64,000 nucleotides of DNA from an uncultured Candidatus Saccharibacteria bacterium (GTDB lineage: Bacteria > Patescibacteriota > Minisyncoccia > UBA6257 > JACOXY01). A model generated the notes under the pieces. The model did not search any database. It had not been told where the DNA came from and was given only the letters and a program-made list of their open reading frames with translations. The stretch spans positions 2,602 to 66,601 of the forward strand of contig CAYHMC010000001.1 in assembly GCA_964357615.1 (NCBI GenBank), written 5' to 3'. Both the position numbers and the translations under genes were made by a program. Of this stretch, positions 8,524-17,646 are shown one piece after another (position 1 is the stretch's first letter; each line of letters starts with the position of its first letter).

Positions 8524-11130
8524 ATGATTAACAAAAAACATATAGGAATTTACTTGGGAATAGCAGTTTTCTTAGGCCTTTTCTTTGCTATAACTCTAAT
8601 AAAGAGTGGTTTTTTGGGGATGATTAAAGAGGTTATAAGCGAGCCAATTGTAATCGAAGGTTACAAAAGCATAGTTTATAACAAAAGTGAGCTTGAAGCT
8701 GGAGTTTTATCAAATAAAAAATCTATTGTATTTAGCTATGATTTGCACGGAGTTTGTCTTTTGGGGGGACCTGCATCTGCCATTACCTTAATTGCAAAAG
8801 ATGAAAAAAAGTATAGTGTTTCACTTTCAGACTATGGTATAAACTGTGCATTTGGTGACCAAGATGCAAAAATATCGCTTAAGGATTTTGGAATTGATCA
8901 GCCACTAGCTAATATTAAATACATCGAAACAAATTTTTGGTATCCAACAACTTATAAATTTGAAATAAAAAGAATCACACTATATAAAACTACAGCAGGT
9001 TTTTTGTATAGCGCTACCAAAAATCTTTTCGCTTCTTTTGGCCTTGGCTCAAGGGTTAGTATTTCTGAATTATCAAGAATTGCTCAAGTATCAACTTCAA
9101 ATTCTACACCAACGCCAATTGTATCGCCAACACCCTTACCAACAACTACATATTACATTGGAGAATATTGGAATACACCTGGACAATTTTCTAATCCAAA
9201 ATTTCCAACCTCAACCCCAACTTTTACAAGAAACGATAATGCTATAAATTTTGTATGGAATCTTGGTTCACCTAACACGGCGATTAGCGTAGATCATTTT
9301 GTTGTTCGCTGGAGTAGGAATGTATTATTTGAAGAGGGAACATATAGATTTTCAGCAACTGTTGATGACGGAGCGCGCGTTTATATAGATAATGAGCTTG
9401 TTATAAATAGGTGGAAAGATCAGCCATCAACTTCATATAAAGCTAACAGGAATATGACAGCAGGTGTTCATTCTATTAAGGTAGAATATTTTGAAAATGC
9501 AGGAGGGGCAGTTATGAAATTTGATTTTCAAAAAATCTCTAGCACAGCTACTCCTACGCCAACACCAACTCCCACACCTACTCCTAAACCAATAATACCA
9601 ACGCCTACGCCAGTAGTTCCTACACTCACGCCAACACCAGTTTTGCCAACGCCTATCCCAACGCCAGTTCCAATTTCTACGCCATTACCACTTGCAACTT
9701 ATTACTTGGGAGAATATTGGAATATACCCGGACAATTTTCAAGCCCAATATTTCCAACTACAGCCCCAATTTTTACGAGAAATGATAGTGCAATAAATTT
9801 TGTTTGGAATGATCTATCGCCGAACTCAACTATAAATGTTGAACATTTTGTGGCTAGATGGCAACGAAATACTCTTTTTGAAGATGGGACTTATAAGTTT
9901 AGTGTTACTTCGGATGACGGAGTGCGCGTCTATGTAGATAATTCTATTATTATAAACCAGTGGAGAGACCAAGGGTCACTTAGCTATTCTGCAGAAATAA
10001 CAATGTCTGCAGGTGCGCATACAATTAGAGTTGAATACTACGAAAATGCAGGAGGCGCTGTTATGAAATTTGATTTTCAAAAAACTTCGCCATCATTTTC
10101 GCCTATACCAACCCCGACTCCAACACCAACGCCTGTTGTGCCAACACCAACTCCTGTTTTGCCAACGCCCACACCAGTAGTAGTGCCAACACCAACTCCA
10201 GTGCTCGGTGGAACTGGAACAGCTCCTCTTTGGTCAATTCGTAGCGTGTCTAGCATGAAGGAAACTAAAGATAAAATTTGTAATCAAGATTCTGCCACAA
10301 CTATAAATTCTTGGGTTAATAGAGCGGTTGAACTTGGAGTTAATTATGTAGCAGTTGAAACTCCATATGATAACCCAGCCTGCGGAAGTAGTGTACTTTA
10401 CACAAAAGCATGGGTTGATGCGATACGCGCAAGGGGGTTAAATGTTTGGCACAGGCATGCGCCTCTTGCATTCGAAGGCATTTATGACACACAAAAAAAT
10501 AGTTCTATAAATTTCCTCAATTTAATTTCGGATTATATTAAAGCAAATCCAACTTTTTTCCGTGCTGGCGATATATTTTCTCCAATACCAGAACCACAAA
10601 ATGGAGGTATAGCTGGTATAACTTATTGTCCACAAAACATTTGTATTTTCTCGGGCGCAGCCAATTTTAATAAATGGCTTCGTGACGCCATGATAGTTTC
10701 TGAATCTGCATTTAGCGAAATAGGACTTGGTGGAAAAATAAAAATTGGATATTACGGTTTCGATGGTTTTGTGGCTTGGGGCGATAATAATCCTGACTGG
10801 AATGGAATTTTAGAGAATTCCACAATTCAAGCAATGGGCAATATTACAATAGACCATTATCCAGAAATTGTTGGTGATACAATGGAAAATGATTTAAATG
10901 AATTGCAGTCTATATATCCTGGTGTTCCAATTATAATTGGTGAATGGGGAACAATAACCGGCGGTGATATAGTTTCGAGTGTTACAAGGTCAATGCAAGC
11001 ATCAGTAAGACCTAGCGTTATTGGTTTTAATTATTGGCATATGGGAATGGGTGGTAATGAAGCTTTGATTAATAGTGATTTTACAAAAAGAGCAAATTTT
11101 GACGCAGTAAAGGCGTTTTTTAGCCAATGA
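8524..11130 (+). CDS. Secreted/anchored surface protein with 2 PA14 domains, Pro/Thr linkers and a C-terminal TIM-barrel glycoside-hydrolase-like domain
   Basis: An N-terminal TM/signal segment is present. Two ~125-aa repeats (YY[IL]GEYWN.PGQF...DDG.RVY.DN...VEY.ENAGGAVMKFDFQK) fit PA14. Linkers are of the PTPTPTP type. The C-terminal region has GEWGT and is paralogous to CDS 11127..12383. Confidence 0.65.
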   Translation: MINKKHIGIYLGIAVFLGLFFAITLIKSGFLGMIKEVISEPIVIEGYKSIVYNKSELEAGVLSNKKSIVFSYDLHGVCLLGGPASAITLIAKDEKKYSVSLSDYGINCAFGDQDAKISLKDFGIDQPLANIKYIETNFWYPTTYKFEIKRITLYKTTAGFLYSATKNLFASFGLGSRVSISELSRIAQVSTSNSTPTPIVSPTPLPTTTYYIGEYWNTPGQFSNPKFPTSTPTFTRNDNAINFVWNLGSPNTAISVDHFVVRWSRNVLFEEGTYRFSATVDDGARVYIDNELVINRWKDQPSTSYKANRNMTAGVHSIKVEYFENAGGAVMKFDFQKISSTATPTPTPTPTPTPKPIIPTPTPVVPTLTPTPVLPTPIPTPVPISTPLPLATYYLGEYWNIPGQFSSPIFPTTAPIFTRNDSAINFVWNDLSPNSTINVEHFVARWQRNTLFEDGTYKFSVTSDDGVRVYVDNSIIINQWRDQGSLSYSAEITMSAGAHTIRVEYYENAGGAVMKFDFQKTSPSFSPIPTPTPTPTPVVPTPTPVLPTPTPVVVPTPTPVLGGTGTAPLWSIRSVSSMKETKDKICNQDSATTINSWVNRAVELGVNYVAVETPYDNPACGSSVLYTKAWVDAIRARGLNVWHRHAPLAFEGIYDTQKNSSINFLNLISDYIKANPTFFRAGDIFSPIPEPQNGGIAGITYCPQNICIFSGAANFNKWLRDAMIVSESAFSEIGLGGKIKIGYYGFDGFVAWGDNNPDWNGILENSTIQAMGNITIDHYPEIVGDTMENDLNELQSIYPGVPIIIGEWGTITGGDIVSSVTRSMQASVRPSVIGFNYWHMGMGGNEALINSDFTKRANFDAVKAFFSQ
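9148..9535 (+). repeat. PA14-domain coding repeat unit 1 (~70% aa identity to unit 2)
   Basis: This is an internal tandem duplication within CDS 8524..11130. Confidence 0.6.
9541..9700 (+). repeat. Low-complexity Pro/Thr linker-coding repeat (ccaacaccaactcc-type)
   Basis: An imperfect ACNCCN repeat encoding TPTPTPTPKPIIPTPTPVVPT... Confidence 0.6.
9697..10083 (+). repeat. PA14-domain coding repeat unit 2
   Basis: This is the second copy of the PA14-like unit; both units end in ENAGGAVMKFDFQK. Confidence 0.6.
10090..10205 (+). repeat. Low-complexity Pro/Thr linker-coding repeat
   Basis: Encodes PIPTPTPTPTPVVPTPTPVLPTPTPVVVPTPTPV. Confidence 0.6.
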
Positions 11131-12383
11131 TTTATCGAAAGAATTTAAAATTTTTCTTATTATTTACATTCTTAATTGCATTACCAAATCTTACTTACTC
11201 TGCATCTCCACGCAATATTTTTTGGCCAGTTCAAGCGGTTGATACTGTAAAATATTCAAGAGACTTAGCAAGGGAAAAATTAAATAACGAAAGTTTTGAC
11301 GCAGTTATAAATAAACAAGTTGTAAATATTGCATCGCTTGGTGCTACTCATATCGTAATTGCAACGCCATACGATAAAGAATTTTTTCCTTTTTTAAAGC
11401 GTTGGGTTAACGCAGGAAGAAAAAATAATCTTAAAATTTGGTTTCGTGGTAATTGGTCTGGCTGGGAGGGTTGGTTTAGTTATGGAGTCATAAGTAGAGA
11501 GGAGCACATAAGCAAAACAAAGAATTTCATTTTAGATAACCCAGACTTATTTGAGAGTGGTGATATTTTTACAGCGTGCCCAGAGTGTGAAAATGGCGGA
11601 CCTACTGGAGACCCGCGTTTTAGTGGCGATGTAGCTGGTCATCGAAAATTTTTAATTGACGAACATAATGTAATGGCCAGTTCTTTTAAGAAAATCGGCA
11701 AGAATGTGGTTTATAATTTTAATTCAATGAATGGAGATGTGGCTAGATTAATTATGGATAAAGCCACGACTAAAGCATTGGGCGGCGTAGTAACTATTGA
11801 CCATTATGTGAGAACATCAGAAAAGCTTGTTTCTGATATTAAAGACTTTTCTGAAAAAAGTGGGGGAAAGGTTGTTTTGGGTGAAATAGGTGTACCAATA
11901 CCAGATATTCATGGGCGTTTGAATGATAGCGAACAAGCAAAGTGGATGGATGACACTTTAAATAAATTAGTCAAAATGCCAGAAGTAATAGGCATAAATT
12001 ACTGGTTAAGTTATGGGGGATCTACAAGTTTGTGGAGTGAAAAAGGAAACATAAAACCAATAGCAGGAACTATAAAAAATTTTTATAAACCAAAATTACT
12101 AACTGGTTATATTATGGACGCACTAGATAAACCAATTTCTAACGCAAGCATTAAAAATGGATATGCGACATCAACCTCAGAGAGTAATGGATATTTTGAA
12201 ATTCCATATATATATTCCGAATCATCACTCAACTTAAATATTAGTGCTAATGAATATAATATTAAAAATATTGCAATAAAAAATCTGGGGGATATACAAG
12301 AAATCAAATTAGACAAAATTGATAGTGGCTTTTGGTTTAATGTAGTTAAATCCATTAGGAATTTTTTCGCTTTTTTATATTAA
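11127..12383 (+). CDS. Secreted TIM-barrel glycoside-hydrolase-like protein (paralog of the C-terminal domain of CDS 8524) with a C-terminal carboxypeptidase-regulatory-like beta domain
   Basis: WVNAGRKNNLKIWFRGNW...GDIFTACPECENGG...GEIGVP aligns with WVDAIRARGLNVWHRHAP...GDIFSPIPEPQNGG...GEWGT of the upstream gene. The C-terminal GYIMDALDKPISNASIKNGYATSTSESNGYFEIP resembles CarboxypepD_reg. There is a 4-nt ATGA overlap with the upstream gene. Confidence 0.55.
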   Translation: MIYRKNLKFFLLFTFLIALPNLTYSASPRNIFWPVQAVDTVKYSRDLAREKLNNESFDAVINKQVVNIASLGATHIVIATPYDKEFFPFLKRWVNAGRKNNLKIWFRGNWSGWEGWFSYGVISREEHISKTKNFILDNPDLFESGDIFTACPECENGGPTGDPRFSGDVAGHRKFLIDEHNVMASSFKKIGKNVVYNFNSMNGDVARLIMDKATTKALGGVVTIDHYVRTSEKLVSDIKDFSEKSGGKVVLGEIGVPIPDIHGRLNDSEQAKWMDDTLNKLVKMPEVIGINYWLSYGGSTSLWSEKGNIKPIAGTIKNFYKPKLLTGYIMDALDKPISNASIKNGYATSTSESNGYFEIPYIYSESSLNLNISANEYNIKNIAIKNLGDIQEIKLDKIDSGFWFNVVKSIRNFFAFLY

Positions 12384-12480
12384 GGAATAATTTTGAGGAT
12401 TAAATTATACCCTTGGCACATTGATAAAAATATTGATATTTATGCCATTTTTGCCTTATAAAGTAGCGCTAAATGGTTAT

Positions 12481-12509
12481 TTGACATATTCTAAATATTG
12501 TGATACAAT
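12481..12509 (+). promoter_or_regulatory. Near-consensus sigma70 promoter (TTGACA-N17-TACAAT with TGn extension) driving CDS 12596
   Basis: ttgacatattctaaatattgtgatacaat. It is about 85 nt upstream of the start, giving a long 5-prime UTR. Confidence 0.55.
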
Positions 12510-12595
12510 ATATACTAATTAAAGAACTGATCGAAAGCCCACTAAATTGAGCTTTTTATATAGGAAATTATTATTAATAATATAGATTATCGAAT

Positions 12596-14356
12596 ATGTT
12601 AAAAAATCTACACATAAAGAGAGTTGAATTCAGGAATATGATTATTATTAGCGTTGCAGTCGCTTATTTAGCGGTTTCTATAGTACTGAACCCAGCTCAA
12701 GTGTTTGCTGCAATAAATACTAAATTTTACCCAAATACTACATGCACAGGATCGGATGCAATATCATTTGTTCTAAGCACAGATGTATGTGTAAAATCTA
12801 CTGGTTTAGGAAGTAGCCATAATCATTTTATTAATATTTATAGTCCGTTAGATTCGGTAAATCCATTCACTAATTCAACAACTGGAACAGGCAATCGCGA
12901 AATTGCATTTCAGCCTAATGTTTGTGGAACATGGACAGCAAAAGTAATTAAAGAATCTGATAGTTCACTACAAGATTCAGCAACTTTTGCGGTAACTGGA
13001 TGTGTAACTCCAACACCATTTCCGTCTGCAACACCAACGCCAACTCCAGTAGTAAGTTCTACTCCAACACCATCTGCAACTCCAGTTGTATCTCCAACAC
13101 CAGAAATTACGCCAGCTTTAAGTCCAACACCAACTGCCGAACCAATTTCTACACCATCTGCAACACCAACCCCTACAATTGCACCAACTTCTACGCCAAC
13201 TCCATCTACAACCCCAACACCATTAGTTAACTTACATTTTATAAAAGTTTTGTGTCCGGCTTACTCTGATTTAACTGGAAACGCAGATGCAGATAAACAT
13301 GACGCAACTGGAGGTTTTTTCACAAATTTTATAAATTATATTTTATCAATTCCTCATTTTGCTAATCCATATGCGCTAAGTCCAATAGATCCATCTGAAA
13401 TCCCAGAAGTTTGTACAAGATTATCAGGTTGGAGTTTTAAACTTTCTTCTGATGAATCACAAACAGGCGATGTTCAAGTTGTTGGTGGAACTGATATTAA
13501 TGGTGAAATTAATATAACTTCTAATGATTTGAATGTAACATTAAAGAATCTTTTGCTTAGTAATAACAAAGTTTGGATAAGCGAAGTTCAAAATACTAGT
13601 GTGGCAAAATTTGGAGCAATTCGTTGCTATAAAGATGCTGTAAATGGAGATAATCTTGAGTACTTACAATTTAGTTCAGTTCCAAGTGATGTGTATTGTA
13701 TTGCATACAATGTGCCATTATCAACGCCTGTACCAACTCCATCTGCAACTCCAACTAATAGTCCAGCACCAGTAATAAGTTCAACTCCAAGTCCAATAGC
13801 TACACCAACCCCAGAAGTTTCTCCTACACCAAGCTCTTCACCAACAGCTACTCCAACTCCAGAATCAACACCAGCCAGTTCAGGCGGTGGAGGAGGTGGA
13901 AATGGCGGTGGAGGTAGTAATGGTGGAAGTAATAATCCTGGAATTGGATCACCTCAACCAGCAGAAGGATTCGTTGATTTTTCTGGTGGTCAGGTTGCAG
14001 GAGCAAATACTGGAGGAGAAGTACTTGGCGCATCAACAAACGCATGCACAAAATATATGGAGGATTATATAAAACTTGGCAAGAAAAATAGAATAGACCA
14101 AGTTATAAAACTTCAAACATTTTTGAATAGTCACATGAAAGCAAATCTTCCTGTAACTGGTTTTTATGGAAACATTACTGCTAAAGCTGTTAATGATTTC
14201 CAATTAAAATATTCAGAAGATGTACTTGCTCCTTGGGTGCCTCATGGACTTAAGTCGGCACAAACCCCAACCAGTTATGTTTATAAAACCACATTATGGA
14301 AAATAAATATGATAATGTGTCCTAGCTTGGGGATTGGTGAGCCAATGCTTCCATAA
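12596..14356 (+). CDS. Secreted Pro/Thr-rich surface protein with a Gly-rich tract and a C-terminal peptidoglycan-binding-like (PG_binding_1-like) region
   Basis: An N-terminal signal/TM is present, followed by long PTPTP/SPTP linkers and GGGGGGNGGGGSNGGS. The C-terminal VIKLQTFLNSHMKANLPVTGFYGNITAKAVNDFQ resembles a PG-binding helical repeat. Confidence 0.5.
   Translation: MLKNLHIKRVEFRNMIIISVAVAYLAVSIVLNPAQVFAAINTKFYPNTTCTGSDAISFVLSTDVCVKSTGLGSSHNHFINIYSPLDSVNPFTNSTTGTGNREIAFQPNVCGTWTAKVIKESDSSLQDSATFAVTGCVTPTPFPSATPTPTPVVSSTPTPSATPVVSPTPEITPALSPTPTAEPISTPSATPTPTIAPTSTPTPSTTPTPLVNLHFIKVLCPAYSDLTGNADADKHDATGGFFTNFINYILSIPHFANPYALSPIDPSEIPEVCTRLSGWSFKLSSDESQTGDVQVVGGTDINGEINITSNDLNVTLKNLLLSNNKVWISEVQNTSVAKFGAIRCYKDAVNGDNLEYLQFSSVPSDVYCIAYNVPLSTPVPTPSATPTNSPAPVISSTPSPIATPTPEVSPTPSSSPTATPTPESTPASSGGGGGGNGGGGSNGGSNNPGIGSPQPAEGFVDFSGGQVAGANTGGEVLGASTNACTKYMEDYIKLGKKNRIDQVIKLQTFLNSHMKANLPVTGFYGNITAKAVNDFQLKYSEDVLAPWVPHGLKSAQTPTSYVYKTTLWKINMIMCPSLGIGEPMLP
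13006..13235 (+). repeat. Low-complexity Pro/Thr/Ser/Ala linker-coding repeat
   Basis: Encodes PTPFPSATPTPTPVVSSTPTPSATPVVSPTPEITPALSPTPTAEPISTPSATPTPTIAPTSTPTPSTTPTP. Confidence 0.6.
13726..13870 (+). repeat. Low-complexity Pro/Thr/Ser linker-coding repeat
   Basis: Encodes PVPTPSATPTNSPAPVISSTPSPIATPTPEVSPTPSSSPTATPTPESTP. Confidence 0.6.
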
Positions 14357-14379
14357 TTCTTAAAATTAAGACTTAAAAT

Positions 14380-14410
14380 CCGTTCCGCCAGCTGGCGGAG
14401 CGGGTTTTTT
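14380..14410 (+). terminator. Rho-independent terminator after CDS 12596..14356
   Basis: A GC-rich hairpin, ccgttccgccagctggcggagcgg, followed by tttttt, in otherwise AT-rich DNA. Confidence 0.7.
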
Positions 14411-14526
14411 AGTATAGGGCTGTGTATATTGCAAAAAAACAAAATATGTGTTATAATATACACATGTAAATGGTATAATAAAAGAACCGGCAATTTGAAT
14501 CGAATTTAAGCAAATATATTAAAAAT

Positions 14527-15570
14527 ATGAGGAAAACCTTAAAAAAATACTTCATACCCCATAAGGAAAACGATCACAGGCCACATATCCTTCGTAAAGA
14601 AGCAACTTTATTTTTTATAGCAGTTATTTTTGTTATTGAGTTATTCTTTTTGGCTGGTGTAAATTATTCCCCAGAGTATAGGGGCTATTTTGCAAGCATA
14701 ATAAGAGGAGTTTTAGTTGACGAAACGAACATCAATCGCGTTAGGCAAAATTTAGAATCTCTAGAAACTAATCCGCTTTTAGAATTTGCGGCAGAGGAAA
14801 AAGCAAAAGATATGGCGCTAAAGGGATATTTTTCTCATGTTGGACCAGAAGGCAAAACACCGTGGCAGTGGTTAGGGGAAGCTGGATATGAATATAGTTA
14901 TGCTGGCGAAAATTTAGCTGTTAATTTTATAGACTCACAAGATGTTGTAAATGCATGGATGAATTCAGAAGGACACAGGGCAAATATTTTGAATGGCAAA
15001 TATACAGAAATTGGTATAGGTACCGCTACAGGAACATATAAAGGAAGAGAAACCGTTTTTATTGCTCAATACTTTGGAAAACCACTTGCTCGGCCAACAA
15101 TTAATGTTGCGCCAGTTATAAATGTTGCTAAGGCGGCATCTTCGTCAGAAATTACTAAAGTAAATTTGAGCACCGTATCAACTACAAAAGAAAATACAAG
15201 CAACGAAAGCAAAATTGTTCTAGGAGAAACCATAAATACTAATCAAAGTTCAACTGAAGAGTCTCATTTTTTAGCTATTGTAAACACAGAAGTGCCCGAA
15301 GAGCAATCAGAAATTAAGGTGAGCAGTGGAGCAGTGGTTAGGAAATCAAATATTATTAAGAAAACACTTTCTGCGCCAAAGTCAGTAGTAAACGACCTAC
15401 TTTCAGTTTTTGGTTTTATCATACTTCTAGCTTTGATACTAAAGATTTTTATAAAAGTAGAAATACAGCATCCAATATTAATTATGAATGGTGTGATTTT
15501 AATTACTTTAATTGTATCTGCGTTGTTTTTAAATAAATATATTGGTTATATAAATGCTCAAATATTGTAG
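14527..15570 (+). CDS. CAP/SCP/PR-1-like (YkwD-type) domain protein with a C-terminal membrane anchor
   Basis: HVGPEGKTPWQWLGEAGYEYSYAGENLAVNF...VVNAWMNSEGHRANILNGKYTEIGIG fits the CAP-domain signature. A hydrophobic C-terminal helix is present. Confidence 0.7.
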   Translation: MRKTLKKYFIPHKENDHRPHILRKEATLFFIAVIFVIELFFLAGVNYSPEYRGYFASIIRGVLVDETNINRVRQNLESLETNPLLEFAAEEKAKDMALKGYFSHVGPEGKTPWQWLGEAGYEYSYAGENLAVNFIDSQDVVNAWMNSEGHRANILNGKYTEIGIGTATGTYKGRETVFIAQYFGKPLARPTINVAPVINVAKAASSSEITKVNLSTVSTTKENTSNESKIVLGETINTNQSSTEESHFLAIVNTEVPEEQSEIKVSSGAVVRKSNIIKKTLSAPKSVVNDLLSVFGFIILLALILKIFIKVEIQHPILIMNGVILITLIVSALFLNKYIGYINAQIL

Positions 15571-15582
15571 TTTAAAATAAAA

Positions 15583-16812
15583 ATGATTTTACTAATTACT
15601 CTATCTTCTGCGATTATCGTAGTTGTTGGAATTATAAATATGGTGGAAGCTGCCTTATTTTCGTATCCACTTTATAAGGCAAGGTTAAATGTATCTCAAA
15701 ATAAATTTAATGCAAAAAGAGCCCTCGCAATTAGAGAAAATCCTTTTAAAACAATTGCAGCTGGTGTGATACTTTCTTCATCGGCTAATATTATTGGTAG
15801 CGTTATTGTGGGTTCTATAGCGGCTAGAGAATATGAAAGCATCGGAGTTGGAGTATTTGGAGCATTGCTTACATTTTTTACAATTACACTATCTGAAATT
15901 ATTCCTAAAAATATAGGTGAAAGATGGAGTCATGTTATATTTCCAATAGCCGCAACTCCACTTTATTGGCTTACCGTTATTCTTACTCCACTTGTATGGT
16001 TCTTTGAGACAATTTCTAAGCCATTTACTTTCGGCGTTTCACCATTTCTTACTTCTGAAGATGAGATTACTTTGCTTACAAAAGAAGGCGCCAAAGAAGG
16101 AACAATTGAGACACGCGAAGCAGAAATGATTCAGCGTGTTTTTAAGCTTAACGATGTTACAGCTGGAGATATGATGACCCCAAAACCATTTGTAAAGTTT
16201 ATTAATGGTGAAAAAACTATTCGTGAAATTAAAGATGATATATTTAAAATGGAGCACTCAAGAATTCCAGTTTATAAAGATGACACCAATCAGGTTACTG
16301 GTATTGTTCATCTTAAGGATTTGTTGAAAGCTATTGCGCTTGGAGATGTAGATAAAAAAGTTGTAACTTTGGCTCGCAAAGCCCTTACGGTATCTGACGC
16401 AAGAGTGGGAGATGATTTGTTAAATGATTTTCGTGAAAATAGATCGCATTTAGCATTGGTTATAAGTGAGTATGGAAACATTGTTGGCGTAGTTGGTCTT
16501 GAAGATGTCATAGAGGAACTTGTTGGTGAGATTATTGACGAGAAAGATGTGGTACCACAAACTATTAAGCGTATTTCGCGTAGCGAAGTCTTAGCTCATG
16601 GTCAAACAAAAATTTCTAATCTTAATCATTTTTTCAATCTAAACATACACTCAAAGAAAACATTGCATGGTTATTTATCGGAACAATTTGGCTATTTACC
16701 TAAGCAGGGTGAAAAAATTACTGCTGATGATTCAGATTTTCTGATTGAAGAAGTAATGGGTCATGAAATTACTAAAGTTCGCATTATTAAAAAAACTAAT
16801 CCTTTAAATTAA
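15583..16812 (+). CDS. CNNM/HlyC/CorC-family transporter (DUF21 TM domain, CBS pair and CorC_HlyC transporter-associated domain)
   Basis: The N-terminal region has 4 TM helices. The CBS pair includes GDMMTPKPFVKF and SRIPVYKDDTNQVTGIVHLKDLL. The C-terminal domain is ...GYLPKQGEKITADDSDFLIEEVMGHEITKVRI. Confidence 0.8.
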   Translation: MILLITLSSAIIVVVGIINMVEAALFSYPLYKARLNVSQNKFNAKRALAIRENPFKTIAAGVILSSSANIIGSVIVGSIAAREYESIGVGVFGALLTFFTITLSEIIPKNIGERWSHVIFPIAATPLYWLTVILTPLVWFFETISKPFTFGVSPFLTSEDEITLLTKEGAKEGTIETREAEMIQRVFKLNDVTAGDMMTPKPFVKFINGEKTIREIKDDIFKMEHSRIPVYKDDTNQVTGIVHLKDLLKAIALGDVDKKVVTLARKALTVSDARVGDDLLNDFRENRSHLALVISEYGNIVGVVGLEDVIEELVGEIIDEKDVVPQTIKRISRSEVLAHGQTKISNLNHFFNLNIHSKKTLHGYLSEQFGYLPKQGEKITADDSDFLIEEVMGHEITKVRIIKKTNPLN

Positions 16813-16833
16813 ATATTTAAAGCAAATTTAACT

Positions 16834-17181
16834 ATGAAAGAAAAAGATTTTGATTACGAAAGTAAGCCACCTGAATTTAGATATGAAATAAGTGATGCAA
16901 AATTGCAATCAATTCAAGCTGTAACTAAAAAATTTGAGATTGCATTAGAGTCAATGCATGAAAACTTATCTGAATTAAAAATAATATATAGCAGAAGCAA
17001 ATCGAAAAACGATAAAACTAAATTATCCGAAGAAATTACTAAATATGAAGAAGCAATAGAGACAAATAATAAAATTTTAAGAGAATTTTATAACGCAATA
17101 AATTATTGGGAAATTGAACTTGAAAAAGGCGCAACAGAAATATTGCTCAAATTTAAGATTGACGATATTTTGCCAAATTGA
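16834..17181 (+). CDS. Hypothetical coiled-coil protein
   Basis: ORF only; charged and helical. It may be the partner of the downstream small gene. Confidence 0.35.
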   Translation: MKEKDFDYESKPPEFRYEISDAKLQSIQAVTKKFEIALESMHENLSELKIIYSRSKSKNDKTKLSEEITKYEEAIETNNKILREFYNAINYWEIELEKGATEILLKFKIDDILPN

Positions 17182-17191
17182 AACTGCTATT

Positions 17192-17542
17192 ATGTTGCCA
17201 AAGTATTATTTTACAAAACACGCATTATACAAAATGAAATTTTATCGTTTGTCAGGACAAATGATTAAAGGAGTTATGGCAAGGCCAAAACGCACCGAAG
17301 AGGGTATTGCGCCAAAGACCGTCGTGTATATGAAACAGGTTGGCAACAAAACTAAACCTCATGAAATTTGGGTTATGGTTGCCAAAAGTGAAATGAAGAG
17401 AGAAAAAGATAATGTGTTTGAAAAAAATAGATTCAAATCAAGTATAATAAATATTGTTTCGGCTTGGAGATACCCAGGGGTTACCAAACCAGGCAAAGCA
17501 CTTCCAAAGGAAATTCTTCGTGAAATTGCAGAAGTTGAATAA
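17192..17542 (+). CDS. Hypothetical small protein, possibly DUF4258-like (toxin-like). Start trimmed to the internal Met after the upstream stop.
   Basis: FTKHALYKMKFYRLSGQMIKGVMARP resembles the hTKHAxERMxERGIsxxxI N-terminal signature of DUF4258. This is a weak, by-eye match. Confidence 0.3.
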   Translation: MLPKYYFTKHALYKMKFYRLSGQMIKGVMARPKRTEEGIAPKTVVYMKQVGNKTKPHEIWVMVAKSEMKREKDNVFEKNRFKSSIINIVSAWRYPGVTKPGKALPKEILREIAEVE

Positions 17543-17579
17543 TCTTTTGATTTTCAACTTATATAAGTCAGCTTCTTTG

Positions 17580-17605
17580 TTGCTTATATTTAGCTGTGGT
17601 ACAAT
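17580..17605 (+). promoter_or_regulatory. Possible extended -10 promoter (TGgTACAAT) upstream of pepN
   Basis: ttgcttatatttagctgtggtacaat. The spacer to the -35-like TTGCTT is only 14 nt, so the call relies on the extended -10. Confidence 0.3.
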
Positions 17606-17646
17606 GTAATCTTGCTTTAATTTTTGGTTAGAGGGCAAGAATTAAT

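Noticed and set aside
13000-13230. 76-aa ORF (Asn/Thr/Cys-rich) overlapping the PT-linker region of CDS 12596
   Set aside because: It is an alternative-frame reading of the ACNCCN linker repeat, with no start context. It is spurious.
9541-13870. Repetitive ccaacaccaactcc-type DNA, considered as a possible CRISPR array or minisatellite
   Set aside because: The repeats are short and irregular, with no constant-length spacers. They are in frame within long ORFs and encode Pro/Thr linkers. This is not a CRISPR array.
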